Assembly: GCA_050953085.1 (NCBI GenBank)
Contig: JBMNLX010000002.1
Coordinates: 9,866-73,865, forward strand
Direction of reading: 5' to 3'
Length of the DNA: 64,000 nt
DNA from: Bacilli bacterium
Lineage (GTDB): Bacteria; Bacillota_I; Bacilli_A; ML615J-28; CAG-698
The notes beneath the pieces were generated by a model, which ran no database searches, was not told where the DNA came from, and saw only the letters and a program-made list of their open reading frames with translations. Position 1 is the first letter of the stretch. The number at the start of each line of letters is the position of its first letter. Positions 37,426-46,261 of the stretch are shown in pieces. The translations under genes were made by a program, and so were the position numbers.

Positions 37426-38799
37426 ATGAACAGAGACCTTGAAAAAATCATCCGGGCGATGAAAGATAGCCAAGCGGCGCCGCGGGAAATCTGCGAGTTT
37501 TTGCTTCAACGCCACCCGTACGAGATCGCCGAGGCGCTCCCCGAATTGCCGGACGAGATTCGCCGCGAGTTATACGAAGCCTTCACGCGCAGGGAACTTG
37601 CGGAAATCGTTTCTTTCGTCGAGCCCGAAAAAGCCGCGGAACTCCTGGAGGACGTCGCCAACCGCCAAATCGCGGGCGTAATCAAGGAAATGGCGTCCGA
37701 CGACGCAACCGATATCCTCGATTATTTCGACGAAGAGAAGCGCCAGGCGGTAATCAACCTGTTGGACCGGGAAACCCGGGACGACATCGAGACCCTGGCG
37801 GCCTACGAGGAACACGAGGCCGGAAGCATCATGTCGACCGAATATATCGCCATCGAAAGCGGGAAAGACATCAAGGACATCACGCGCGAGATCGTGAAAA
37901 GAGCGCCCGACGCCGACACGATTAAAACGACCTTCGTCGTTGATAATAACGGTAGGCTGCTCGGAACGCTTGATTTAAAAAAAGTGATCGTTACCAAAGC
38001 CCCCTGCCCGGTCGACGAGATCATGGACACGAATTTCCGCGCCGCGGAAGTCAACGATGACATCGACGAAGTCATCAAGACAATCAAGGACTACGATATC
38101 GACGCCCTGCCGGTGCTCGAGGCGGGCGTCCTGAAGGGCATCATTACCGAGGACGACGCGATGGACGCGTTTGTTGAGGAGGCGGAGGAAGACTACGCCC
38201 GCCTCGGCGGTCTTACCGATAGCGAGGAGTTATACGAATCGACGATTGACTCGGTGAGGAAAAGACTTCCGTGGCTATCGATTCTTCTCGTTATGAATGT
38301 CCTCGTTGTGATTCTAATTTCCGCTTTTGATTTTCTTTTCGCGTTGGAAAGCCTGACCGTCCTCGCCTTCTTCCAGCCCGTTATCCTGAACATGGCCGGG
38401 AACAGCGGGACGCAGACCCTGGCGATCACCATCCAGAAAATCACGAAAAACAAACTCGAAAACAAAAACGATATTTTAAAACACCTCGGTCGCGAGACTC
38501 TGCGCGGGGGCATCCTGGGAATCGCTTTCGGCATCCTTTCGTTCGCTTTCTCCGCCGCCCTGCTCGCGCTTTCCGAAAACAATGGCTATGAAATATACAA
38601 AATAGCTTTTGTGTTCGCTTTTTCGCTCGCAATCTCGCTTACGGTCGCGAATCTCTCGGGCGCCGTTATCCCGGTTCTCTTTTCAAAAGCGAAAATCGAC
38701 CCGGCGACCGCCTCGGGACCATTTATCACGACCGTAATCGATATCGTCGCCCTGCTTATCTATTTCGCGCTCGCGACGGCGCTGCTTTACGCAGCCTGA
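37426..38799 (+). CDS. mgtE: magnesium transporter MgtE, paralog
   Basis: N-domain, CBS pair, and ASGPFITTVID membrane domain. GGAGG RBS. Confidence 0.9.
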   Translation: MNRDLEKIIRAMKDSQAAPREICEFLLQRHPYEIAEALPELPDEIRRELYEAFTRRELAEIVSFVEPEKAAELLEDVANRQIAGVIKEMASDDATDILDYFDEEKRQAVINLLDRETRDDIETLAAYEEHEAGSIMSTEYIAIESGKDIKDITREIVKRAPDADTIKTTFVVDNNGRLLGTLDLKKVIVTKAPCPVDEIMDTNFRAAEVNDDIDEVIKTIKDYDIDALPVLEAGVLKGIITEDDAMDAFVEEAEEDYARLGGLTDSEELYESTIDSVRKRLPWLSILLVMNVLVVILISAFDFLFALESLTVLAFFQPVILNMAGNSGTQTLAITIQKITKNKLENKNDILKHLGRETLRGGILGIAFGILSFAFSAALLALSENNGYEIYKIAFVFAFSLAISLTVANLSGAVIPVLFSKAKIDPATASGPFITTVIDIVALLIYFALATALLYAA

Positions 38800-38801
38800 A
38801 T

Positions 38802-38828
38802 AAAAAGCCTCCGGGCTTTTTTTGTTTT
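38802..38828 (+). terminator. intrinsic terminator after mgtE pair
   Basis: AAAAAGCC-tccg-GGCTTTTT followed by a T run. Confidence 0.6.
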
Positions 38829-38883
38829 GCTTGGTTTTTTTCGAAAAAAATACTATAATAATAAAGCGTAAGGAGGAAAGATT

Positions 38884-41133
38884 ATGGATTTTTTGAAGAA
38901 AATGAACGTATCAATTGATTATGAAACGACCGCCGAAAAACGCTGGCTGGAAAAAAAGGTGGAAAAGACGCGGGCGCTACCGCTTGCGGATTTTTCGTTC
39001 TCCGGTCGCGGCAGTCTCGAGCGAACGCCGGAGGGTTTCGTTCTTTCGACCAACGCCGAGGCCGACGATAACAACACGCGGCCCGCGAGCATGATAAAGC
39101 TTAACTTTGAAGACGAAGATTGGAGCGAATACAACAGGATTTCCCTATCCGTCCACCCGGAAGCGACCGGATTTCCCAACTTTTATTTTCACTTCCGGCT
39201 TGCGGGCGGCGATAAGTCTTATGGGCACGCCCCGAGCGTGATTCCCAACCGCTGGAACCAAGTCGTCTGGGAAATCGGCGAATTTGCCAGGGAGAAAATC
39301 ACAAGCCTTAGTTTCGGGCCGGTTCTTCTCGGTTGCCCGCCCGAGGCGCTTCCCGACGTTAAGTTTTATTTTAAGGACATCGAGATTCAAAAAGTCGCGC
39401 CCGACCATGTCGACGGGTGGGAGCTCGGCGACCGCGTCGCGTTCTGTCATAGCGGCTATTTCCCCGCCGCCGAGAAAATCGCCGTGACGGGGGAAGCGAA
39501 AGCCGATTATTTCGAGATAATTGACGAAAGCGACGGCAGCCGCCGCCGTTTCCCGGTCAAGACCGCCGAAAGCGAACTCGGCTCGTTCTATATCTTGGAT
39601 TTTTCCGCCCTGCAAAAGCCGGGTCGTTACCGGCTCGCGCTCGACGGGCGCGAAACTTTCGCTTTTGTTGTGGACGAGTTTCCTTACCGTCCCGCGTTTA
39701 TCAAAAGCATCGCTTTCTTAAAAACACTCCGGTGCGGCGATGACGTCCCGGGCGTCCACAGCCCCTGCCATCTTAACTCATACACTTTCCATCATGACGG
39801 CCGGATGGCGCCCAATCACGGCGGTTGGCACGACGCGGGCGACGTCTCCCAATTTGAAATCTGCACGGCGGAAATAGCCCACGCCGTGTTCGAAACGGCC
39901 GACGCCCTGCCCGACGGCAAATTGCGCGACGAGGTTCTCGCCGAGGGTCGCTGGGGCGTGAACTGGCTCCTCAGGACCCGTTTCGGCGACGGCTACCGGG
40001 CGATGGCCGTTCTTTACTCAATCTGGCGGCCGAACGTCCTTGAGGGAATCGAGAATTTTACGAGGAGAAATGTTGCGGAAAACGGGCCGTTTGAAAACTT
40101 CTTGGCGGCCGGCGCCGAGGCGGCCGCGGCTCGCCTGTATAAAGATCGCGATCCGGTGTTTTCGGACTGGTGCCGCCGGGCGGCCGAAGAGGACTTTTGG
40201 TTTGGTGTCGAGGGAAGAAAACAGGGCCTCTACACGAAACGCTGGGGACCGGGGGCGGCGGCCCAGGTTTGCGGCCAGGGAGCGCTCGCGGCGGCGGAGA
40301 TATATCTTTTGACCGGCGACGCTCGTTATCTCGAGCAGGGAGCCGAATACGCCAGCGTCGTTCTATCCTGCCAACAACGAAAACTCCCGACGTGGGATAA
40401 GCCCCTGCGCGGCTTCTTTTACAAAAACCCCGATCACGCGCAAATCTTGAACTACGAACACCGCGGGCACGAACAATCGCCGGTTTGCGGGCTTGCGCGG
40501 CTTCTTGAAGTAGCGCCCAATCATCCCGACGCCGCGGCGTGGCGAGAGGGAATCGAGTTATACGGCGAATATATTAAAGCGACCGCCGACGTCGCCCTCC
40601 CTTATGGGCTGCTCCCGGCATATATCTACGACACAAGAAAACTCGATCTTAACGATCACACTTATTCGAAAACGCTATACAGCGACGAGGAAGCGATGGC
40701 CTCGCTCGTCGCCCAGGCGAAAAGCGGAATCAAACTCGCTGACAACATTTATCTCCGCCGTTTCCCGATCGCCGTTTCCCGACGCGGGTACCACGCCACC
40801 CTTTTAAGCAAGGCCAAGGCGGTCTCCGCGTGCGCGAAAGTATTGGGTGACCGTGAGCTCGCGCAGATCGCCGTTCGCCAGCTCGAATGGGTCCTAGGCA
40901 AAAACCCCTTTGCTTCTTCAACGATGTACGGCGAAGGACACAACTACCATCCCTTATACGTCGCTTTTTCCGCTCAAATGATAGGAGCGCTCCCGGTCGG
41001 GATTATGACCCGCGGCGCGAAGGACGCCCCTTATTGGCCGACCGCGAACGGCGCCGTCTATAAGGAGATTTGGGGGCATACGACCGGCAAGTTTCTCGGT
41101 ATCCTCGCCGATCTTCTCGCAATATACAAATAA
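38884..41133 (+). CDS. glycoside hydrolase family 9-like protein (no obvious signal peptide)
   Basis: GGWHDAGD motif and an Ig-like CelD_N-type region (FCHSGYFPAAEKIAVTG). AAGGAGGAAAG RBS. Confidence 0.7.
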   Translation: MDFLKKMNVSIDYETTAEKRWLEKKVEKTRALPLADFSFSGRGSLERTPEGFVLSTNAEADDNNTRPASMIKLNFEDEDWSEYNRISLSVHPEATGFPNFYFHFRLAGGDKSYGHAPSVIPNRWNQVVWEIGEFAREKITSLSFGPVLLGCPPEALPDVKFYFKDIEIQKVAPDHVDGWELGDRVAFCHSGYFPAAEKIAVTGEAKADYFEIIDESDGSRRRFPVKTAESELGSFYILDFSALQKPGRYRLALDGRETFAFVVDEFPYRPAFIKSIAFLKTLRCGDDVPGVHSPCHLNSYTFHHDGRMAPNHGGWHDAGDVSQFEICTAEIAHAVFETADALPDGKLRDEVLAEGRWGVNWLLRTRFGDGYRAMAVLYSIWRPNVLEGIENFTRRNVAENGPFENFLAAGAEAAAARLYKDRDPVFSDWCRRAAEEDFWFGVEGRKQGLYTKRWGPGAAAQVCGQGALAAAEIYLLTGDARYLEQGAEYASVVLSCQQRKLPTWDKPLRGFFYKNPDHAQILNYEHRGHEQSPVCGLARLLEVAPNHPDAAAWREGIELYGEYIKATADVALPYGLLPAYIYDTRKLDLNDHTYSKTLYSDEEAMASLVAQAKSGIKLADNIYLRRFPIAVSRRGYHATLLSKAKAVSACAKVLGDRELAQIAVRQLEWVLGKNPFASSTMYGEGHNYHPLYVAFSAQMIGALPVGIMTRGAKDAPYWPTANGAVYKEIWGHTTGKFLGILADLLAIYK

Positions 41134-41152
41134 ATCGTAAACGTAAAAAATA

Positions 41153-41186
41153 GCGAAGCCTGAAAACGACGGGCTTCGCCTTTTTT
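41153..41186 (+). terminator. intrinsic terminator after the GH9 gene
   Basis: GCGAAGCC-11nt-GGCTTCGC followed by CTTTTTT. Confidence 0.8.
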
Positions 41187-41388
41187 AAGAGCATTATAAA
41201 AAAAATTAGGTGAATTAATTCAAGAATGAAAACTATAATCTTCTATATGTCAAATTATATTATTAAACAGAAACACCCTTTTTGCAAGAGCAAATAAAAA
41301 ACGATATATCCAATCTAGGCTTCAGCAAGGAACATTCCTGTTTCCTTATTAATATTATCCGCTGTTTTACAAAAAGGAGACTTCAATC

Positions 41389-41454
41389 ATGGCATATCTG
41401 GGACAGAACAATACTCTCAATAAAATATTTCCCGTAAAAGGAACGCCAAAATAA
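41389..41454 (+). CDS. candidate 21-aa small ORF (MAYLGQNNTLNKIFPVKGTPK)
   Basis: AAAGGAGA lies 8 nt before the ATG. A terminator lies 27 nt downstream. The ORF sits in an AT-rich gene-free island. Confidence 0.3.
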   Translation: MAYLGQNNTLNKIFPVKGTPK

Positions 41455-41481
41455 TAAAAAGCGCGTTTAGTTAATTAAAAG

Positions 41482-41516
41482 GCATCTCAACCGAATGTTG
41501 GTGAGATGCTTTTTTT
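41482..41516. terminator. bidirectional intrinsic terminator
   Basis: GCATCTCA-12nt-TGAGATGC, flanked by AAAA and TTTTTTT. Confidence 0.75.
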
Positions 41517-41616
41517 AACCGCTTATTTTGTAACTGCGGTAAAAACCACAAAATATCTAACAGAGCATTTTTATAACATCATTGATTATTTAACAAGCGT
41601 CGCTTATATTTTGCTA

Positions 41617-42771
41617 TTAAAAGAATATCATAAAGGCCCCGGCGGCGATTGCCGAGCCGATCACGCCGGCCACGTTCGGGCCCATCGCGTGCATCAATAA
41701 ATAATTCTCGGGGTCTTCCCTTTGGCCTTCAAGGTGAGCGACCCTGGCGGCCATCGGCACGGCGCTTACGCCCGCGGCGCCGATTATCGGGTTGACCTTG
41801 CCTTTCGTAATCCAGCACATCAGTTTCCCGAAGAGGACCCCGCCGGCCGTCGCCGTCATAAAAGCGACCACGCCCAAGCCGATAATAAGCAAAGTCTCAA
41901 TTCGCAAGAATTGCTCGCCCGTCGCGGTGGCGCCGACGCTTACGCCCAAAAGGATCGTGACGATATAAAGCAAGGAATTGGCTGCGGTCTCGGTAAGTTT
42001 CGGGACGACGCCCGATTCCTTAATCAAATTACCGAGCATCAGGCACCCAATTAAAGGCGCGCAGGAAGGCACTAATAACAAAACGACGAGCGTCACGGCG
42101 ATTGGGAAGATAATCTTTTCAAGTTTGCTTACTTCCCGGAGCTGCTCCATTTTAATCCGTCGCTCGCGTTTCGTCGTGAGCAAGCGGATTACGGGCGGCT
42201 GGATCACGGGGACGAGCGCCATGTAGGAATAGGCGGCGATGCTTACCGAGCCCAGAATGTGCGGGGCGAGCCTGTTCGTAAGGAAGATCGCCGTCGGCCC
42301 GTCAGCCCCGCCAATAATGGCGATTGAAGCGGCCTCGAAACCGTTAAACTGAGGCAAGACAATAGCAACGAGAAAAGTGAGGAATATGCCGATTTGCGCG
42401 GCCGCGCCCAGGAGCAGGCTTTTCGGGTTGGCGATAAGCGGCCCGAAATCGGTCGTCGCCCCGATGCCGAGAAAGATAAGGGCGGGATAAATCCCGAGTT
42501 TCACCCCCTGCTGCAGGTAATAAATCAAGCCCCCGACCTCTTTCGTCTCGCCGTCGACGATAACCGGGGGATTGGTAATGCCCCCGAGCGGGAAATTAGC
42601 AAGAAACATCCCGAAGGCAATCGGGATTAAAAGATATGGCTCAAACTTTTTCGCGATCGCAAGATAAAACAAAACAAAGGCGACCAGTATCATGACGATA
42701 TTACGCCAGTTTCCGGCGAGAATTTCGCTGATTCCCGTCGAATTCCAAAATTCCTTGAACAAGTCGATCAT
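41617..42771 (-). CDS. sodium ion-translocating decarboxylase beta subunit (OadB/GcdB/MmdB family)
   Basis: About 380 aa multi-pass protein with a family-typical N-terminus (MIDLFKEFWNSTGI...) and GADGPT motif. Confidence 0.8.
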   Translation of the reverse strand: MIDLFKEFWNSTGISEILAGNWRNIVMILVAFVLFYLAIAKKFEPYLLIPIAFGMFLANFPLGGITNPPVIVDGETKEVGGLIYYLQQGVKLGIYPALIFLGIGATTDFGPLIANPKSLLLGAAAQIGIFLTFLVAIVLPQFNGFEAASIAIIGGADGPTAIFLTNRLAPHILGSVSIAAYSYMALVPVIQPPVIRLLTTKRERRIKMEQLREVSKLEKIIFPIAVTLVVLLLVPSCAPLIGCLMLGNLIKESGVVPKLTETAANSLLYIVTILLGVSVGATATGEQFLRIETLLIIGLGVVAFMTATAGGVLFGKLMCWITKGKVNPIIGAAGVSAVPMAARVAHLEGQREDPENYLLMHAMGPNVAGVIGSAIAAGAFMIFF

Positions 42772-43070
42772 TATTTTCTTCCTTCCTTCGTGATTTTCTT
42801 AACGGAAACGAGCCTGACGTCTTGTTTCGTTTCCTCGGCATAATCAACCGTCGCGACCAAAGCCGCGACCCGCGCGTCCTCGTCCAACTCTTCCCAGTTC
42901 ATCTCCTTTGGGGCGGGTTTTGCCGGGCGCGCATAATTAAGCAACGAAATAATGAACATTAATAGCGCCAAAATCAAAAACACGAGTAACATTGAAAACA
43001 AGGTTATTAATAATGCATCGGAAAAATTAGCTGCGTTAAAATTTTCTCCGTCGTAGATTGCTAAAAACAT
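42771..43070 (-). CDS. OadG-like small decarboxylase subunit
   Basis: Single N-terminal TM segment and a 99-aa length. Its stop overlaps the beta subunit start. Confidence 0.55.
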   Translation of the reverse strand: MFLAIYDGENFNAANFSDALLITLFSMLLVFLILALLMFIISLLNYARPAKPAPKEMNWEELDEDARVAALVATVDYAEETKQDVRLVSVKKITKEGRK

Positions 43071-43233
43071 GAGTTCACCTGCTTTTCTTGTGATAACTTG
43101 TTATATTGTATCACTTTTAATCTTTTTTTTCAACACTCTTACTTGTTAATATCTTTCGCTTTTTGCCTGCCGTCGATAAATGGCAAATTTCGGCTCGATA
43201 TGCGTTTAGCCTATTGATTATGACAAAAAAACA

Positions 43234-44073
43234 ATGTATAATAAAAACGGCGCATATAATAATACAAAAAGAAAGCAGGAAAGAAGTGTGAAAAATTCGC
43301 TGAAAAAAATCGCCGGCGGCATCGTAAGCATAATCGTGATCGCCGTCGCCGCGTTCTTCGGATATGATTACTTATTCGCCGACGACAACGGCTATCCCCA
43401 ATTGCCGCTTGAGGAATACTACGCGGGCGCCGAGGGGTTGGATGGCGAGGAACTTAAGAATTTCTTGACGGAACTTGTTTCGACCAACGTCACGCTCGTC
43501 TCTTACGCCGACGCGAAAGTCGCCCTGGCTGAAGCCGACGCCGACCCCGATAACCCCGGCAAGGTGCTCACGATTTATTCCCGCGCGAGCGTTCCGGCCT
43601 TATGGGACGGCTCCAGCTGGCATCGCGAGCATGTCTGGCCAAACTCGCGGCTTGGCGTCGAGCGCGTCGACGAGCACGAGAAAAACCAAGCGAGCGACCT
43701 TCACAACCTGAGGGCGATTCAACCGTCCGTAAACAGCAGTCGGGGAAACAAGGTCTTCTCCGACGAGACGGGGCCGGAAACATATTACCCCGGCGACGAA
43801 GACAAGGGCGACGTGGCTCGGATTCTCTTTTACATGGTCATCCGCTATCCCGAGTTTGACTTGGTCGAGGAAGTCCTGCCTAACGACCCGAATACCAACT
43901 ACACCCCCGAGGCCGCGAAAATGGCGGTCTTATCCTGCCTGCTTAGGTGGCACCGGGAAGACCCGCCCGATGATTTCGAAAAACAACGCAACGATGTCAT
44001 CTACCGCTGGCAAAACAATCGCAATCCTTTCATCGATCACCCGGAATTTGTGGAAATGATTTTTGGCGACTAA
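43234..44073 (+). CDS. membrane-anchored extracellular endonuclease I family nuclease
   Basis: REHVWPNS and DLHNLRAIQPSVNSSRGN motifs. N-terminal TM anchor. An alternative start is GTG 43288, after AGGAAAGAAG. Confidence 0.8.
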   Translation: MYNKNGAYNNTKRKQERSVKNSLKKIAGGIVSIIVIAVAAFFGYDYLFADDNGYPQLPLEEYYAGAEGLDGEELKNFLTELVSTNVTLVSYADAKVALAEADADPDNPGKVLTIYSRASVPALWDGSSWHREHVWPNSRLGVERVDEHEKNQASDLHNLRAIQPSVNSSRGNKVFSDETGPETYYPGDEDKGDVARILFYMVIRYPEFDLVEEVLPNDPNTNYTPEAAKMAVLSCLLRWHREDPPDDFEKQRNDVIYRWQNNRNPFIDHPEFVEMIFGD

Positions 44074-44085
44074 TAAGGAGGAAAT

Positions 44086-44475
44086 ATGGAACAAATTAAT
44101 ATGCCCGCCGGCGCCTATTATGTCGGCGATCCCTGCCTGATAATCAAAGGAACGCCGGGCTACCATTGGATCGAAAAACTTTGGTCGCTCTTCTATAAAC
44201 TCGATCAACGGGCGGCCTTGCTGGAAGTCGACGGCGTCAAGATCTTTATCGGCCAAACATACGGCGGCGACGGGATCTATGACGGCATCACGGTCGACAC
44301 CGGCACAATCGCCGTTATCCCGGTAGATAACCTGTCCGGCGACGAGCGCTTTAACTTCGATAATTTCGCGATCCGGGGAACGAAATTCTTTACCGCCCCG
44401 GAGCCGTTCGTCATCACCTACGATAAAGGCGACTTTCAAATCGGCAGTCACCTGACCGTTAAAACGAGATTTTAA
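44086..44475 (+). CDS. hypothetical cytoplasmic protein co-transcribed with the nuclease
   Basis: AAGGAGG lies 4 nt before the ATG, and the ATG is 12 nt after the nuclease stop. No signal peptide and no recognisable motif. Confidence 0.6.
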   Translation: MEQINMPAGAYYVGDPCLIIKGTPGYHWIEKLWSLFYKLDQRAALLEVDGVKIFIGQTYGGDGIYDGITVDTGTIAVIPVDNLSGDERFNFDNFAIRGTKFFTAPEPFVITYDKGDFQIGSHLTVKTRF

Positions 44476-44512
44476 AAACCCGAAGGTTATGAGCTAAACT
44501 TTCGGGTTTTTT
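44474..44512. terminator. bidirectional intrinsic terminator
   Basis: AAAACCCGAA-16nt-TTCGGGTTTT. Confidence 0.8.
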
Positions 44513-44513
44513 A

Positions 44514-45935
44514 CTACCATTTATTCAAAATATCTTTCAGCGTTTCCGCGGCGTCGCCCATAACAAGCCAGACGCCTTCTTCTCTTCTATATAGGGGGTT
44601 CTCGACGCCGGCGTAGCCGGGCTTCATGTCGTAATTGAAAATCACGATCCGCGGGCAATGGTCGGCGTTTAGTATCGGCATTCCCGATATCGGCGTTCCG
44701 ACGGTGTCGCGGGCCGCGGGATTGACGACGTCGTTGGCGCCGACGATTACCGTGAGATCCGCCCCGGCAAAATCATCGTTGATATCCGACATTTCGTATA
44801 AATCCTCGTAGTCGACGCCCGCCTCGCACAAAAGGACGTTCATGTGTCCCGGCATCCTCCCGGCCACCGGGTGAATCGCGAATTTCACCGTCGCGCCGTT
44901 CGCGCGGAAACGTTCCGCCAAATCCCTAACCAGGTGCTGAGCCTGGGCGACCGCCATGCCGTAGCCGGGAACAATGATCACGTTTTTCGCTTCCCGCATC
45001 GCTTCAAGAGGCGACGCGGCCGGTTTTTCGTCCGGCTTCTTCGCCTCGGGCTTCGCGTCCGCGGCGGACGCCTCTGTCACGACAGCGGCGGTTGTTTTTC
45101 CGAGTAAAATCGCCGACAAGTGGCGGTTCATCGACCGGCACATGATTCTCGTCAAAAGCAGTCCCGAGGCGCCGACGATCGCGCCGACGATAACGAGCAA
45201 GAGATCCCCGATCGCAAGACCCGCGATCGCTCCGGCGACGCCGCTTAAACTGTTAAGGAGGGAAATCGTAATCGGCATGTCGGCTCCGCCTACGCGGACG
45301 GTAAAGACGATGCCGAAAAGCGTGGCGATAATCGTCAAAGCGACGGCGTTTAGCGTCGGCATCCCGCTAAATGCCGGAATGACGGCGAAAACCGTGTAAG
45401 CCGCCGTCAAAACCAGAAGCAGGACGGTGATTCCGGTGTGAAAAGGCAGAATAATCGGTTTCTGGTTAATTAGTTTATGCAGTTTCCCCGCGGCGATCAT
45501 GCTTCCGAAAAACGTTATCGCGCCGACCGCGATCGCGAGGAGCGCCGTGATCCGGGAAAAGAGGTCGTCTCCCGCGCCGATGCCGAGATACGCGAAAAAT
45601 CCGACGATGGCGGAGGCGGCGCCGCCGAGCCCGTTAAATAAAGCCACGAGCTGCGGCATCTCGATCATCTTAACCTTAACCGCGAGCCATAAACCGATCA
45701 AAAAACCCAAGGCGATGCCGATATATAAAACCCAGTCGGGGAGAATCTCGTATTTCAGCAAAGTCACGACGATGGCCGCGGCCATCGCGAGGGCGCTGAG
45801 CCGGTTGCCGAGAACGGCGGTTTTTACCTTGCTCATCAGGGAGATCCCGATCAGCACGATCAAGGCTAACGCCCCGCAAATCACATAATAAGCCGTATCC
45901 GGCAAAACGAGAAGAAAATTAATCGTTCGATTCAT
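44514..45935 (-). CDS. pntB: NAD(P) transhydrogenase subunit beta
   Basis: Multi-pass N-terminal half and a C-terminal dIII domain (VPGYGMAVAQAQH). ATG 45935 follows GGAAGGA. Confidence 0.9.
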   Translation of the reverse strand: MNRTINFLLVLPDTAYYVICGALALIVLIGISLMSKVKTAVLGNRLSALAMAAAIVVTLLKYEILPDWVLYIGIALGFLIGLWLAVKVKMIEMPQLVALFNGLGGAASAIVGFFAYLGIGAGDDLFSRITALLAIAVGAITFFGSMIAAGKLHKLINQKPIILPFHTGITVLLLVLTAAYTVFAVIPAFSGMPTLNAVALTIIATLFGIVFTVRVGGADMPITISLLNSLSGVAGAIAGLAIGDLLLVIVGAIVGASGLLLTRIMCRSMNRHLSAILLGKTTAAVVTEASAADAKPEAKKPDEKPAASPLEAMREAKNVIIVPGYGMAVAQAQHLVRDLAERFRANGATVKFAIHPVAGRMPGHMNVLLCEAGVDYEDLYEMSDINDDFAGADLTVIVGANDVVNPAARDTVGTPISGMPILNADHCPRIVIFNYDMKPGYAGVENPLYRREEGVWLVMGDAAETLKDILNKW

Positions 45936-46236
45936 TTTCTTTATCCTTCCCGTCAAACATTCTTAACATCCTGTCGGTAACGATAAACCCGCCGGCGACG
46001 TTAATCATCGCGAGAACGATGGCGAGAGATCCGAAAATATAACCTCCAACCGGGGAGGATGACTTCACGGCGACGGCGGTCGCCACCAAAGCGCCGAGAA
46101 TGGTGATTCCCGACAGGGCGTTCGTTCCCGACATTAGCGGCGTATGCAATAGGCTCGGGATGCGGTTAATGATAAGATACCCGACTATCGCCGCTACTAC
46201 AAATACAACCAGCAAAACTATTTGTATCGTATCCAT
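45919..46236 (-). CDS. pntA: NAD(P) transhydrogenase subunit alpha part 2
   Basis: About 105 aa with 3-4 TM segments (MDTIQIVLLVVFVVAAIVGY...). AAAGGAG RBS. Confidence 0.85.
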   Translation of the reverse strand: MDTIQIVLLVVFVVAAIVGYLIINRIPSLLHTPLMSGTNALSGITILGALVATAVAVKSSSPVGGYIFGSLAIVLAMINVAGGFIVTDRMLRMFDGKDKENESND

Positions 46237-46261
46237 TGATTGCTCCTTTCGGTCATTGCCC

